Shown here piece after piece: positions 26,009-39,984 of a DNA stretch of 64,000 bases. Every line of letters begins with the position of its first letter. Positions within the stretch are counted from its first letter, which is position 1. A program made the translations under genes and the position numbers. The stretch lies in contig NC_042997.1 in assembly GCF_006345805.1 (NCBI RefSeq), positions 151,032,001 through 151,096,000 on the forward strand. The letters are read 5' to 3'. This DNA is from Octopus sinensis. Its lineage: Eukaryota. The notes under the pieces were generated by a model. That model made no database searches. It was not told where the DNA came from and saw nothing but the letters and a program-made list of their open reading frames with translations.

Positions 26009-26820
26009 TCTACTACCCATGTGGGAAATTCTGTCTTTTGCGTGTGTTTGTAGAATTGTTAGCTAAACCATCCAACATCGTTTTATCGATTTTCATGAAA
26101 CTTGACACGCAAGTAATTCATGTCTGGTAACCCCATAACATACGCAGATTGTTGAAAGGTCGATATTAGGGTCCCTGGAAGGGATCCTTATATATAGTTA
26201 ATATATTTTATATTTAAAACCAAGGGAAATAACCCGTCCATTTTTCCTACATAATTGATAAAAATGAAATTGAGTATGCTTATTTCTAAGTATTTCAATT
26301 GTTAGAGTTATTTTCGCAGTTTATCCATTGCAACCCTTAAACATGTAAATATTATTTTCCTAAAGTATAGATCCACTTATTTCGGTTAGTGACCTATTCA
26401 CGAATATACCAACACTAGCGTCCCTGAGGGTAATATTTTCTGGGAAGGCACAAAAGCCCTTTTCAGAGTTATTTAGTTTCAATTGACAGTATCCCATACC
26501 TAATTAGCCTGTTATTACGTAACATGATTCACGGTTTTAGCATACATACCTTATAAGTATTTGTATATACTCTGGAAACGCATGAAAGCGCTTTCCGGGG
26601 CTACTTCATTTGAATTCTTACTGTCAGGTAAATAATTTCTTCATTTTATTAAGAACTGAATTCACAATTTGTGTATTCTTAACTTTTTGGGAATTCCTAA
26701 AAACAAGATCCTGTGTAAGAGAGTTCGGTGTTCTCTGTAAATGCACAAAAACCGCTTATGAGAACGGAACCCAGGGATAAAATTAGCTTTCCCAGGTATT
26801 AACGGGTACGTCATCGAGCA
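26009..26820 (+). mobile_element. old non-autonomous Helitron-like element
   Basis: 5' TCTACTA, CGATTTTCATGAAACTTGACACG motif, degenerate 3' hairpin CCCAGGTATTAACGGG. Confidence 0.4.
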
Positions 26821-26993
26821 TATATAAATATACGGGTCTGTATTTGTGTATTTATAGCAAAAACAAGTGCTGGGTTGCCAAATATTTATTGCAGTAACAT
26901 TTTTTTTTTACGTAAATGCTTACATAAAAAGACTTTATACACTGTCAGTGCTCAACCAGGAATTGGTACTAAGATCAACATCCATATATATAT

Positions 26994-27057
<64 letters not shown>

Positions 27058-28879
27058 CTGTATGTATATACGTATGTATGTATGTATGTACGTATGTATT
27101 TATACCAGAGTTAGAACATAAATGCGAAACAAGGTGGAAAAAATAGTACTCGAATACCAGCATTAGATTAATATGCTTTATTAAAAAGCAGTAAAAATAT
27201 CACAAAAAACCTTTACTCAGTGTTTCACGTTCCCGTGAAATCGCAAAAAAATTATATGCACAGTTACCGTTGAAATTGAAACATATTTGGTTTAAAATAT
27301 AAATTACTGCAATTCCATTAACATATTTTGCCCATTATATATATATATATATATATTCCACTCGATTTGTATATATATATATATATAATATATATATATG
27401 TATACCACTCAATTTTGTTTTTTCGTATGTATACAATCTTATTTCAGTTTGGTGTAAAAAATCGCGGCTGTTCGATCATTTACACATTTATAATCTACAT
27501 TTCGAAATATATAGATATATCGTTACAAATGTGAAGTCTTTACTTTCGTGCCCTTATTATAAAAGTTATTGAAGTAAATGAAATATCCGAAGCCAAATAG
27601 AAATAGGGTGCGTTATCTGTTTCCCAAAATCGTTATTAATGCTATTAGTGTGTAAGAGCATAAAATGAGATTAGAATCTTCTCAAACAGCATTGCAAATT
27701 GTTGTTGGCTATGTTTCTTTTTTAATTGCCTCGACAACATTGAACTGTTTTGAAGAAAATTAGTGCTATTATTGAAGCGAAATGTTGCGCAGAAACACAA
27801 GACTATAACGTACAGCCATCTATCTACAAGGTATTTCTAAAGTTTTGGTATTACTTCAAAATCATTTGCAGCAATTTCAAAGTGTTTGTGACAAAATCTT
27901 TATTCCACTAAAAATAAAATCATGTAATTTTATATCGTTTCAAACCGACCAATTTAATATATTCTTTGAATTAACTTTTTTCCCTATTCCTTCCATGATT
28001 TGTATTATATGACTTAGACACACATCATGCTATATTTAATATATGTATTCTATCCTCAAGATGATTTTTTTTCTTATGTTCAAAATTGATAGTAAAAATA
28101 AAACCCTTAAAACCCAGACTATTTGCAGTACTGTGTAATTATTTTAGATGAGGAAGACGGGATCTTTGGCATGATGCGTTGCCGTCCAGTTCGAGTATTG
28201 TTACAGCTGTGAATTCCAAAAGTGTGAATTCCAAATTCGATGTGTACGTGATAGTAAAAAACATTTCAAAAGGCGTCACATATATGACTGCGTATGTGGG
28301 GGGATTTTAAGACTGTGTATGTCTCTCTGACTCTGTGATTGTTTCTGCGTTATATGCGTTATTAAAGATACACACACATATCTTCACGATTGGCATGCAT
28401 GAATGTGTCTTTATGTATCTCTCTCAATATATGTATCTGTCAGTATTTGAGAGTGTATGTTTGGGTATCTTCCCATTTTTCATATGAATGTGTGTGTGTT
28501 TGCGTAACCGGTACCTACGTTAATAAAGACACAAGCTCTTGAGAAAAACAAATTACGTGGAAGATCCAAGTTATATAAAAATACACATCTGCAACACTTA
28601 ATGCCGAATCATTAAAACAACATTTTAAAGATTCACAGAGATCCGATAGTATAGCTCTCCGAAACAGACAATATACAAATTCGTTCTTCACACATGAACC
28701 TGCTTTCAGATATGGTCCATACAATTCTTATGAAAATGATAATTCTGTACAAATTGGTGTGCTAAATTCAAATTGTTGTTTATGCAAACTTTTAACATTT
28801 ATCTCCACAAATGTTTTGTCATCAATGCTGCACTGTCCTGTATCACATGTTTCAATATGAATGTAATACATATATCCAA

Positions 28880-28924
28880 ACTACGCTGTTTTAATCCCGA
28901 GCAACACTGGGTATCTCTGCTAGT
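28880..28924 (+). mobile_element. Helitron 3' terminus (5' end not defined)
   Basis: CCCGAGCAACACTGGG hairpin, 8-nt spacer, then CTAG|T: the canonical Helitron 3' end. Confidence 0.6.
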
Positions 28925-29690
28925 TTTAGGGGGTAGAAAGGGCTCTTTAGCCGTAGTGAAGGCAATCTATCTAGTGAGATAAACTTACAATAAATCACTC
29001 GGTCCGTAGCTTAGAAATACTGGGTTGACGCCCAGCGGGAACAGCTTTGTTTCATGGAGGAGGAAAGATCTTCTTTAGTACTTGGTTGTACAATGCTTTC
29101 CAATGTGTGTAGTATTGGCGCGCGCACACATTATTAGCCATTTGAAAAGACTATGAAAGTCTCGACCACGGTCGAACAATGATGATGATGATGCTAGTTT
29201 TATATATATATATATTCCTGTCGTGTGTTCAGTCAACCTATTGGAGTAACTTGTCTTCACTAAATTGTAAGGAAAAAGAAATCCGACTATACTTAACTCG
29301 TATTTTAAATCGAATTATTTCGCATTGTAGATTTACTAGGAGATAGAGTTAATAAAATATATTTCAAGTTAATTTACAGGTCCAAATGTAATTTTATTTT
29401 CAATAAAACTGTGAAAGTGGAAAATCCAACACATATATGCTACTCAGAATGCCATATTTTAAGATAAAGAGCAGCAACATCTTTAATGAAGGTAGTTGAA
29501 TTCATTTAAAGTTTCTGTTACCAGCTTCATTTTCTTTTCTTCCGCATGCGTGTGAATATTGTACTGCTCAAAAAGCTTCGACACAACTTGTTGAGACATG
29601 AAGAATAACCCTCTATATATTTCTGAATACAAACATTTTGAAAAATATATTTTGCTATATGTCTGTGTGTGAGTTTGTGTGTGTCTGTAT

Positions 29691-29750
<60 letters not shown>

Positions 29751-31357
29751 ATACAGGCTCTGTCAACATCTATGTACCTTGTATAATGTAAATGAGTTTG
29801 AATCCCTTTAATTCGGAGTACAACTGAGTTCATCCAATTGTAGATTGCGTGAATAAAAAAAGGAAAAGAAGATGAACAACAACAAAAACAGCAATGACAA
29901 CAGCAGCAGCAACACATATACTACGAAGAACTACAACACAAACAACTACAACAACAATAAATTCAAAACTTCGCTCGTCTTTATCAACCGGTCAAGAAAC
30001 TAAAGTTAATGTTGGTCTCGGTGACATGTGAGCTCAGCGCAGGTAGATGGAACAAATATCGTATGTGATTCTTTCCGACGGTTTAACGAGAGTAATTTTC
30101 AAGTTTCTAGTTCAATTTAAAGCCAATCCAGCTGTAACATTCATTGGAGACTATTTAATCAAATTTCCTCTTACCATGGCTTTCTATTGATATGAGAAAA
30201 TATTTATTGGTATTGATTAAGAGAATTGCAAAAGAAATATCTCATAAAAAGTAATAAAAAATCCTTCCATTGGACGTTTCATAAAATTGACAAGTAGAAT
30301 CACTAATTTTTGTTCAATACACACATGCTCACAGGCATCAACGCACATTGCCATGCAAACAATCACTCAAACACATAATTATTTTATGTGACATAACAAC
30401 ACATACACCAATTTTATATATGTATATATATATATATATATATACATACACCAATGTTATATATGTAGGTATATATATATATATATATATACATACACAT
30501 ACATACATATACATATGCATATACATATTCATATACATATACAATTACATATACATATATACGCATACATATGCATATACATATTCATATACATATACAA
30601 TTACATATACATATATACGCATACATATGCATATATACGTAAGTATATATATGTGCACGCTCAAACTTTCAGTTATATCACATGTCATTCTTTTTCATAA
30701 AAGAAAGCAAAAAAAAAAAACTAAAAAACTGATAGATGAATTTATGAAGAGAATATGATGAAGAAAATAATTTTTGTGAAGACAAATAAATGCTGCGTAC
30801 AGAAACACAATGAAGAGATAATGTTTTCAGAATAAGGAAATAAATCGAATTTCAGAATAAGCGAGGAAAAGAAAATTGCGATTTTTAAGAATGTATGATT
30901 TATGTATTCCGGAATACCACTCACATTGATTTCTTTGTAGTTACTTGTATTTTTAAAAATATATATTTGATATATATTTTGTATATATTCTCTTGTATCC
31001 ACTATATCTTATAAAAGTTTTCTCTCCCCATATATTCTCTCCGCGTATTAAAATATACATACATACATAATACATACATAAAAACATATATATATATATA
31101 TATATATATTGTATCTAAATTTGACGATTGTGTGTAGTTTTCCCTTTTGTACTTTAAAGCAAAATTAATTCATCATATTTAATGTTCTTTTATATTCGAA
31201 CATGCAATAAAATGTCAAATTTTGTTATTAAAATTGCTGTCTTCCCGAATAAGTTTGAAATTGTTTCAGCAATATCTTAAAACTTTGAACTCTTCCATTG
31301 ATAAATGCAAAGCTTGCAAAATCGCAGCATTGAGAATAGAGGATTGCACAAAAGTCG

Positions 31358-31398
<41 letters not shown>

Positions 31399-31408
31399 AC
31401 ACTCGTTC

Positions 31409-31450
<42 letters not shown>

Positions 31451-31488
31451 TATATATAAGGGCAGATATAAGTACATATACATACACA

Positions 31489-31581
31489 GCTTTTCACTCT
31501 ATAATATATCTAAGAGTATGCAGGTATATATATGCATCTATATACATATATGCATATACATGTAGAAGTATATATATATAT

Positions 31582-31627
<46 letters not shown>

Positions 31628-31682
31628 TATATATATGCTTCTACATGTATATGCATATATGTATATAAATGCATATATATAT

Positions 31683-31730
<48 letters not shown>

Positions 31731-31786
31731 ATATAATATATATATATATAGCTACATACCCTTAAATATATAATAGAGTGAAAAGC
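31489..31786. repeat. imperfect fold-back inverted repeat around (TA)n
   Basis: GCTTTTCACTCTATAATATATCTAAGAGTATGCAG versus the reverse complement of 31751-31786. [11 protein letters not shown] appears in ORFs on both strands. Confidence 0.85.
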
Positions 31787-33028
31787 AGGCTTACTGAATG
31801 ATAGACAGATAGATAGATAGATTCTGGGATGGATATATGGATGGATGGATGGATGAATGGATGGAGGGGTGGATGGAGACAGAGACAGAGTGAGAAGCGG
31901 GGAGATAGGACAGTGAAATATCTTTAATAACACAATGAAGAAGTTATCGAGAAAAACTTACATTATTTATCAACAATAAAATTTCTTGAATGAAGTAATG
32001 TCGTTTTACTTTAACGAAAGAATTGAATATTTCAAAATGAAAGATAAATGTGATTTCTCTCGATTACAGATATGTCGTTTTTTATAGTATACTAGTTTCT
32101 TTTATTAGTTTTCGTTTCATCGATGTTACGGAGCAGTTGAAATTTGCGTTATATAGAATCATATAGAATTTATCACAATATTCGTTGCAAACGATATAGC
32201 TCAATAGTTTTCATAGCAATAACCTTAAGAAGTCTATACTTTCAAGCGAAGTCGGACATAAATGATATACGTTGGGAACATGGTAGATATTCGTTTATTA
32301 AAATCGATTGAAGGTTATTGATTTCTAAGACTAGGCCTGGGTCTAGGTTGTATGTTGTATATGAGATAATGAAGGTTCTTGCTATACTTTTTGTAATATG
32401 GCTACAAACCGGTATCGAGTCTCGAAAATGTGTAAAGTGTGTAGTTAAGACGTATGTAATATTTTCTGACAGAGAGTTAATTTGAAATTAAATGATTGAT
32501 AGACGCGCGCACGCACGGTTCCATGTACACCCATACACGTATGTGTGTGTCTATGTATGTATGTCTGTCTATATATTCTTTTAGTTTTTTAGTTGTTACA
32601 GTCATCGGATAGTCACTTTGCCGGGACATTTCCTTGAGCGGATTTTCAGTCGGGTACATGGCCAACAGTAATAATTTTGAAATCTGATACATATTCAATG
32701 AGCCCCTTGTGCCAAAAAACTAAGTTACACTGCGTCAAAAACTTCAAGACACAAATATATATATGCACTTACACAGAAATGTTCATACATATTTTACATT
32801 CTGTCATTTTCAATCAAATGTCAGTGGTAAACACATGATTATAAAGGAAGATAGAGGTCGAAACATCGAAGTCGTTCTGACACACATTATGTTAAAATCT
32901 AATAAAAGTTATGTAAAATTCTAATGAAAATATACTCTACTAAGAAGTATTAATTCCTCTGTTTCATGTTAAAATACGTCTATACATAACTTGGAATAAA
33001 ATAGAACATCAATATACCAACAAGCGCA

Positions 33029-33070
<42 letters not shown>

Positions 33071-33845
33071 TTGTGTCATCCCATAACTAATGCAGTTTTA
33101 ATAACATCTTTTATTTTTCAAAATTAAAGTAAATCTAAAATATACTCTTCTTCATTTTCTACAATGCTCTTTCATCTACCTGGTAGACTTGCAAGGTCCC
33201 TCTTCCAAACATCACTTGTCCGTGACGAAAAAAATTTCGGCATTTTTCTGATCTCGTCTACGGAATATTTTTTTTTTTCAGTTCAAATGATTTTGAACAC
33301 TGCGGAATAAATGATAATCAGATAGTGCAATGTCCGGTGAATAGGGTCAGTGGGACATCGTTTATCATTCAAATTGCTCCATGCATTGGAATGCCATCCT
33401 CGCTTTACATGGCTGAGCATTTTCCTGATAGGACAACACCTTACGTCTTTCCACTAGCACTGACTTGAATGAATGGTTGAATGACCAAATCCAAGCGTCT
33501 CTACTAGTTCCGCAACTGTTACGATGGAATTTTCTTCCACCAGGTTTTGCAGGACGTCCTCACCTAGCTCTAAAGATCTTCCAGTAAATTTGATCGTGTT
33601 CTGGGCTGTAGTTTCCAGCTCAAAATTTCTGGAACTACCGTTTACACTATCTTACGCTTATTGTTCGACCCCATATACAGCATTTATTTTCATCGCAATT
33701 TCCGTTGCGGTGTTGCCTTTAGTGAACTTATATATGGTGAATATGATCCTTTGTGACTTCCAGTATAGCTCTGGAAAAACAAGTGTTAAATTCAAATTGC
33801 ACTCTTCAACACTTGAACTAAGAATAAGGTGAAGGTAATATTACT
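33071..33845 (-). mobile_element. mariner relic
   Basis: Minus strand PYSPDIALSDYHLF. TIR-like TA|TTGTGTCATCCCATAA at the left end. Confidence 0.8.
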
Positions 33846-33856
33846 TTTGTTCCTTA

Positions 33857-34146
33857 TCGAGCCATGCCTGGCTCATAAGGGCCGGTTTCTCGGTTTCTTT
33901 GGTGTATAGGTTCCCCACCTGGACAGGACGTCGGTCCGTCGCAGGTGAGCTGCAAGATGTAGGAGGAAAGAGTGAGAGAAAATTGTGGCGAAAGAATCAG
34001 CAGAAGTTCGCCATTACCTTCTGCCGGAGCCGCGTGGGGCTTAGATGCTTCGCTCATAAACACACACATCGCCCGGTCTGAGATTCGAACCTGCGATCCC
34101 TCGACCGCGAGTCCGCTGCTCTAACCACTTGGCCATGTACCTCCAC
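33857..34146 (-). mobile_element. tRNA-derived SINE, family C1 (well preserved)
   Basis: Reverse complement has A-box TGGCCAAGTGGTTAGAGC and B-box GGTTCGAATCTC, then TGCGACGGACCGACGTCCTGTCCAGG (V-domain-like) and a GGCCCTTATGAGCCAGGCATGGCTCG tail. Confidence 0.88.
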
Positions 34147-34154
34147 AAATACAT

Positions 34155-34380
34155 GTGCCCTTTTTAAAGCCTAGCCAGACTCATAGGCCCCGTTTCCCCA
34201 GCTGGGCGGGACGCCAGTCCATCGCAGCGTTACTCATTTTTGCCAGCTGAATGAACTGGAGCAACGTGAACTGAAGTGTTTTGCTCAAGAACACAACGCG
34301 TCGCCCGGTCCAGGAATCCAAACCACAATCTTATGATCATGATGCTGACACCCTAACCACTAAGCCACGCGCCTTCACAC
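34155..34380 (-). mobile_element. tRNA-derived SINE, family C2
   Basis: Reverse complement GGCGCGTGGCTTAGTGGTTAGGG, GTTGTGTTCTTGAGCAAAACACTT core-like segment, GCGATGGACTGGCGTCCCG. Its tail resembles that of C1. Confidence 0.85.
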
Positions 34381-34413
34381 TAGCTACTTTTATAGCAATT
34401 CCATGCAGATAGT

Positions 34414-34959
34414 TTAGCCTGCCCCACCCCGGCTTTTAGTGTCATTTTGGTCAACTAAAAGTAGTTTTCGCACAAACGTGGCAGACACGCGTCTCATATC
34501 CAAATCTTTAGTGATAATGGACTGAACTGAACCATAACTCATCTGCACTTTCTCTGATAACTCACGGATGACGATTCGACGATTTCGCCGCATAGCTATA
34601 TACACATCAGCGACGTTTTTCTCAGTTCTGCTGGTTGATGACTCCCAGGACATTCGTCAATATCAACATTTTGCGGCCATTTTGGAAATGTCTGACCCAC
34701 TCGTACACTTGTGTGCGGCAAATACACTGTTCTCTATACACTTTCTGCAACTTTGCGCAGGCCTCTGAGCAGTTATCGCTACTACAACTTTCTCTGTCAT
34801 TGTCAATACGACGATCACAGGCTACACTGAGCTAGAACGCCAAAACTTAGTGCGCATGCACAGCGGGGGTCAAGATCAATCTGTGCCAAGCAGCTTCACT
34901 CTGCGTATTTTAGCTTCGTTACTATAGCAACAATCCGGATACTTAGTGATCAAGGCTCG
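34414..34959 (-). mobile_element. mariner relic, 5' half
   Basis: RRNRRIVIRELSEKVQMSYGSVQSIITKDLDMRRVSATFVRKLL (HTH2 plus WVPHEL-like linker). TIR ...GATCAAGGCTCG|TA. Confidence 0.85.
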
Positions 34960-36559
34960 TATACCATTTATTCCTTTAGCAAATTTAAAACAGGTCTAGT
35001 TATTACATTCAACCGCCCCCACTACATATAAACGAAACACACTTAAATAATTTATATCTTTTGCGCTTTCAACTCCAACTGCCTTAGTATAATATTCGAC
35101 TTACCTACTTCATACAAAAAGTAATTTCACGATTACTATCTTGGAAAATGAGCACGCCATGTATATATAGCATACAACAGTAAGAGGATCCTGCAGTTAC
35201 TCTAATAGAAACCACAAAAGTCACTTCTTTTAGTCATTCTATTAGCCTGTAGCTTCAAACTTTCTTCCACCTCCATAAAACTTGCACACCAGCTCAAATA
35301 CAGATAACATCAGACTTACATCTTCTAATTAATCTCCCAACACCGCTACATTAATCCGACTGAACGCGGAACAGTAATAAATTTTGATCACAACAAACAT
35401 ACGTAAAATAGCGTTACATGTAGTACATGCAGTGGGCAAGATACAGCTGTTCCCTTTTACAGTATGTTGCAGCATGAAAATGGTATGCCAGATGTTACAA
35501 GTGTACAATCTAGGCAAGTGAAAAACTAGGCATTAAACAGGGCATAACCAATCTATCGATGCATGCTGTTAGAGTACATCCGGAACAATAAACTTTTCAA
35601 TCAGATTTAGCAGGTTGGCCAATTAACTGCATCAGTCAGAGTTGATATGTAGCTGCACAACAAAAACCTGAAAGTTAAACAGACAAGCATTCAAATAGAT
35701 ACCACATGAGAAATTACGATTCTGAAATAATTTGAAAAGTACTGCTGCAAAGATTTGATGCTTCTTATTTGGCTTCAAATAATCGATTGCCAGAAAACTT
35801 ACGAGTGTTAGCAGGCGCCTCAAGGCATCCATGAACCTACGACGAATATATTATATTACTGATGGAGATATAGTCAATTGGAATTAAATACATAAACTGA
35901 TATTTATTTCAGTACTGGTAGCATATTCTTTAGAAATATAAAACGTTGAAGTTTCCCTTCGGGCTTTATGGTGGTGGAGAATCCGTTGGTCTCGACGATG
36001 AGTGTCAAGTTCTTAGGCTAACTAAATTCTAACATATGGATATAAGCGTAAGTGGCTGGGTATTCCATAAATACGAGTATCTAAATGTATTTGTTTAATC
36101 GAATCTTTGTGGCGTGGACTGACATACATAAATTTCGAATTGCATATATAACCCAGAAAGAAAACTATAACGAATGAAGAATCGACAGTACTGGGATGGT
36201 ACATTATTTAGTCAACCTACGTAAGATATAAACTCATACAACATAGAGCGAGAATAAATACTGACTGATGACCTATTCGAGACACTAATATTTATGTCAT
36301 ATTGCATTTTGACGCATCATAAGCGTGAAATGACTTGCAATCGCGTATTATGGCGCTCATTTAGTTACTGTGCAGCAAAATACTTAACAAAATGTTTCCA
36401 GTTATTAGTCTCTTTTAAAATTGTATATAGTATGTTTAAAATTTTGCTATGATCTGTATTGTGTCTTTGTCGTAGAACCGTCGATTTTATTTGAGAATGA
36501 TAGGCGCTCTTTGAAATTGCTTGTATAGAATTGGTTTCCAGGTTTGACACAATGTCAGC

Positions 36560-36745
36560 AATTTCAAGCAAGAGGTAAATTGATTACTTCGACCCCAATT
36601 TTCAATTGGTATTTATACCCCATCGACCCGAAAGAATTAAAGGCAAATTCAATCTCAGCAGCATCTGAACGCATAATGTAAAAACGGACGAAATCACGCT
36701 AAGAATTTTGCCCGGCGTGCCAACTCTATCAGCTCGATGCTTAAT
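36560..36745 (-). mobile_element. family A SINE (decayed)
   Basis: CGACCCC...ATCGACCCGAAAG...TTTGCCCGGCGTGC...CAGCTCG. Confidence 0.7.
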
Positions 36746-37486
36746 TGCTTGTGTAATATTAATATATTAATATGCTGGAACGTGGTGATGTTAGTACGAA
36801 TATATGAAGAGTGAAACAATATATGTTGAGTGTGTCTGGTTTCAATATACGTTGAAACCTTTTCACTTGTACAGATAAATGCTGTTAAAATTGTATATAT
36901 TTCGCATCATTACTTTCCCAATCTTACAACGTGCTAACTATTTTTATTCCTCTAGAAGAAATTAATATCATTGCTGTTACATACGTCCCCGAATATTTGT
37001 GGTTCGGCAAAAGAAACAGATAGGATAAGTGCCAAGTTTAAAAATTGAAGAAAAGTCGATACATTTAACTAAGATAATTCCATGAGCTGCTCCATCATGG
37101 CCGCGGTCTGATCACTGAAACAATCAAAAAGTAAGAATAAAAAATTAAGAATTTTTAGGCTGTTTCATTCAAAATGAAGCATAAAAAATTTATTCAAAAA
37201 TATATAAAGTCCCAAGTGTTATGAAAATAGGTTATAAAAGTATTTTAGACAATAAATTTCGTACACAAAATATCGTAACGGAAATGTCGCTTTTAGCTAA
37301 AGAAAACAAACAATAATTTTGTGTTAATTGTCATAGTCTATTAAATATTTGAGGAAATTATTTCATGAATTTAACAGCTTAAAGAAAATTTTCTGTTACA
37401 GTAAACATAACTTACTCTTACGGCGATTTATAGGTGTATTTGTGCCTGTGCATGTTTGTCTGTGTGTGAGTGTGTGCGCGCACAAG

Positions 37487-37546
<60 letters not shown>

Positions 37547-37572
37547 ATATATATTTGTGTGTGTGTGTGTGT

Positions 37573-37895
37573 GTATGAGAAGACTTTTACGGATTCCATG
37601 GACAGCGAGGCTTACCAATGGAGAAGTTCTTAAGCAGATCAGGCCGAAAATGTCGCTAGAAGCTAGGATCACCAAGCATAGATTGGCATATTTCGGTCAT
37701 ATTATGCGGAGAAAATCCCTGGAGAAGGACATCATGCCCGGAATGGTCAGTGGCAAGAGAGGAAGAGGTCGACCCAGAACCCGCTGGCTTGACACCATCA
37801 AGAGTGATACCGGAATGAAAAAAGCAGCCCAGAATAGAACTAACTGGAGGACACTGATCCAACGAGTAACCGAGAGTCGACTTCGACTGAGCGGA
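37573..37895 (+). mobile_element. 3' fragment of an RTE/BovB-type LINE
   Basis: RRLLRIPWTARLTNGEVL...LAYFGHIMRR.SLEKDIMPGMVSGKRGRGRPRTRWLD...AAQNRTNWR, the typical RTE ORF C-terminus. Confidence 0.92.
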
Positions 37896-37946
<51 letters not shown>

Positions 37947-37952
<6 letters not shown>

Positions 37953-38219
37953 AAACAAGTCAAAAATAGAAAATGGTAAGATAATTTTATAGTGAATCTT
38001 TCAGTACCGGTTTCGGTCATTTTGAGACCTTTTCAACTGTAACGATTAAATAATTAAATTTAGAAAAATTAGAAGAAAAGTTTTTTTTAAACTTTTCTTT
38101 CTCTAAATTTAATTATTTAATCGTTACAGTTGAAAAGGTCTCAAAATGACCGAAACCGGTACTGAAAGATTCACTATAAAATTATCTTAGCATTTTCTAT
38201 TTTTGACTTGTTTTTTCAT
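37947..38219. mobile_element. palindromic PLE pseudo-LTR relic in (TA)n
   Basis: Arms 37947-38063 and 38102-38219 are near-perfect inverted repeats. Each arm carries a hammerhead motif. Confidence 0.8.
38127..38164 (+). ncRNA. minimal type I hammerhead ribozyme, U3-A8 variant (mirror copy 38002-38039, minus)
   Basis: CAG-TTGAAAA-GGTC(TCAAAAT)GACC-GAAAC-CG-GT-A-CTG: stems I and II pair, and stem III ACCGGT is palindromic. Confidence 0.75.
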
Positions 38220-38251
38220 ATATATCAACTCGTGTGTTCCTTTCCACCCTT

Positions 38252-38311
<60 letters not shown>

Positions 38312-39394
38312 TATATATATATGTATATATATATGGGTCTGTATTGTGGATATATGTATTACTACTCATTATTCTAATATTCAAGTTAATAGTACAGTGT
38401 TATAATATTCCGCATGTGTAGTACTTCGGCAGAAATGAATTTTGTGCCACGGTAAGACTGAAATGATTTTATTTGTATATAACAAGCCTTGAATTATAAT
38501 ACTACATGCAATATCTTTGTCTAGAGAATACAGATGCATTGATCTTATAAACAGAATTCCTAGTAAAATTTGGAAACATTGGATTTTGCCTGTCAGCCTG
38601 CATGTTGTATTCAGTAAAGTATAAAATCATAATTCCAAACCGCAAGAACGGAAAGGTTCTGATATTGAAAGCATTTCAAATCTGAGTGTTAAGGGCGTAT
38701 GGAAGTTATAAACGAATTTCACTTTTCTGAATATCAAAAACATTCGATGACACATTTGTCGCAGCAAAAAAAAATAATAAAAACCTCCATCCGCCTAACT
38801 GAACCTATATCCGAGATAACGCTTTTTCCCTATTAAATTGTAACACAATAAACGGGCATTTCTTCATTCGACTATTCCAAATGTAACACATAGGACGTAA
38901 ATTAACATTTATTTATAATGATCTATTGACTTCAAAAATTCATGCACACACTGGGAGGTTATAGTTTATTATAAACAATTTGGCTGTCCTGACAAATTCC
39001 TACTTTCTATCCGTGGTACCAACATTCTGCAGGATCTTGCACGATCTCAAGATAGAAGACTCTGTTGAGTCTAACCAAACTTGGGAGCCATTCTTCATAA
39101 GTGATAACCATCTAAAACAGTGTGAAAAAACTGCTGCATAGAAAACTCTCTATGTGATATATCTATGTTTAATTTTCCTGCCCTATACTTTTGTATGTTG
39201 TCGAAACACTGAAATTATTTTTATAGAAGCTAGGTTAAGAAACATTAAGCTTTTGTAATGAAATACATAAACTAAAAGTTAAATCTTCCGCAGGCAATAT
39301 ATTTCTCAAATATGAATTACTAAATTACAGATTACAGAAATTCGTTTAATCATATACAAAAACATATGCTAGAATTTATATATATATATATATA

Positions 39395-39453
<59 letters not shown>

Positions 39454-39946
39454 ATATATGTAAATGACGCTATTATCAACTTAAAGCATTCCTGAGCAAA
39501 TCATGTTCATATAATTTATTTGCAAACAACGTGTTCGATATCGTCTTTGCTATAAGAAGATCATACAGACATATAGGGAGAAAAGGAAGCATTCTTTATA
39601 TTTAGCAAGAGATAAGGGATCATTTACCAGATTTATAATTAAAAAAACCTTACGATTCTGACCGTTATACATTTATTTTTAGGTAATGTGCAATTACACA
39701 ATTCATTGTGTATTATTTCCTAGTAAGAGCAAGACTTTGCAGTTAATTTTAGCAGGTCCAGCGACCTGGCAGATACGTTATATTTATATCGTTGAATACT
39801 CATACACACTCACGTGCACACTCGCACACACCCACACACCACAAACACACTCACGCACACAAACATCCACCTACATACAAACTCATACGCAACTACAAAC
39901 ACATACGTTCGTATATATATATATAATATATATATATATAATATAT

Positions 39947-39977
<31 letters not shown>

Positions 39978-39984
39978 GTATATA

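Noticed and set aside
27115-27238. pLTR-like fragment with the 3' half of a hammerhead (GAAAC...GTA) next to TA repeats
   Set aside because: The CUGANGA half is missing, so it cannot be called a ribozyme.
34070-34146. tRNA gene-like sequence
   Set aside because: A and B boxes are present, but it continues into a SINE body and lacks a proper acceptor stem.
35100-39115. Further minus-strand exon-like segments (35105-35201, about 35930-36080, about 39017-39110)
   Set aside because: Only one good splice site each, or stops in most frames; no coherent ORF or recognisable product.
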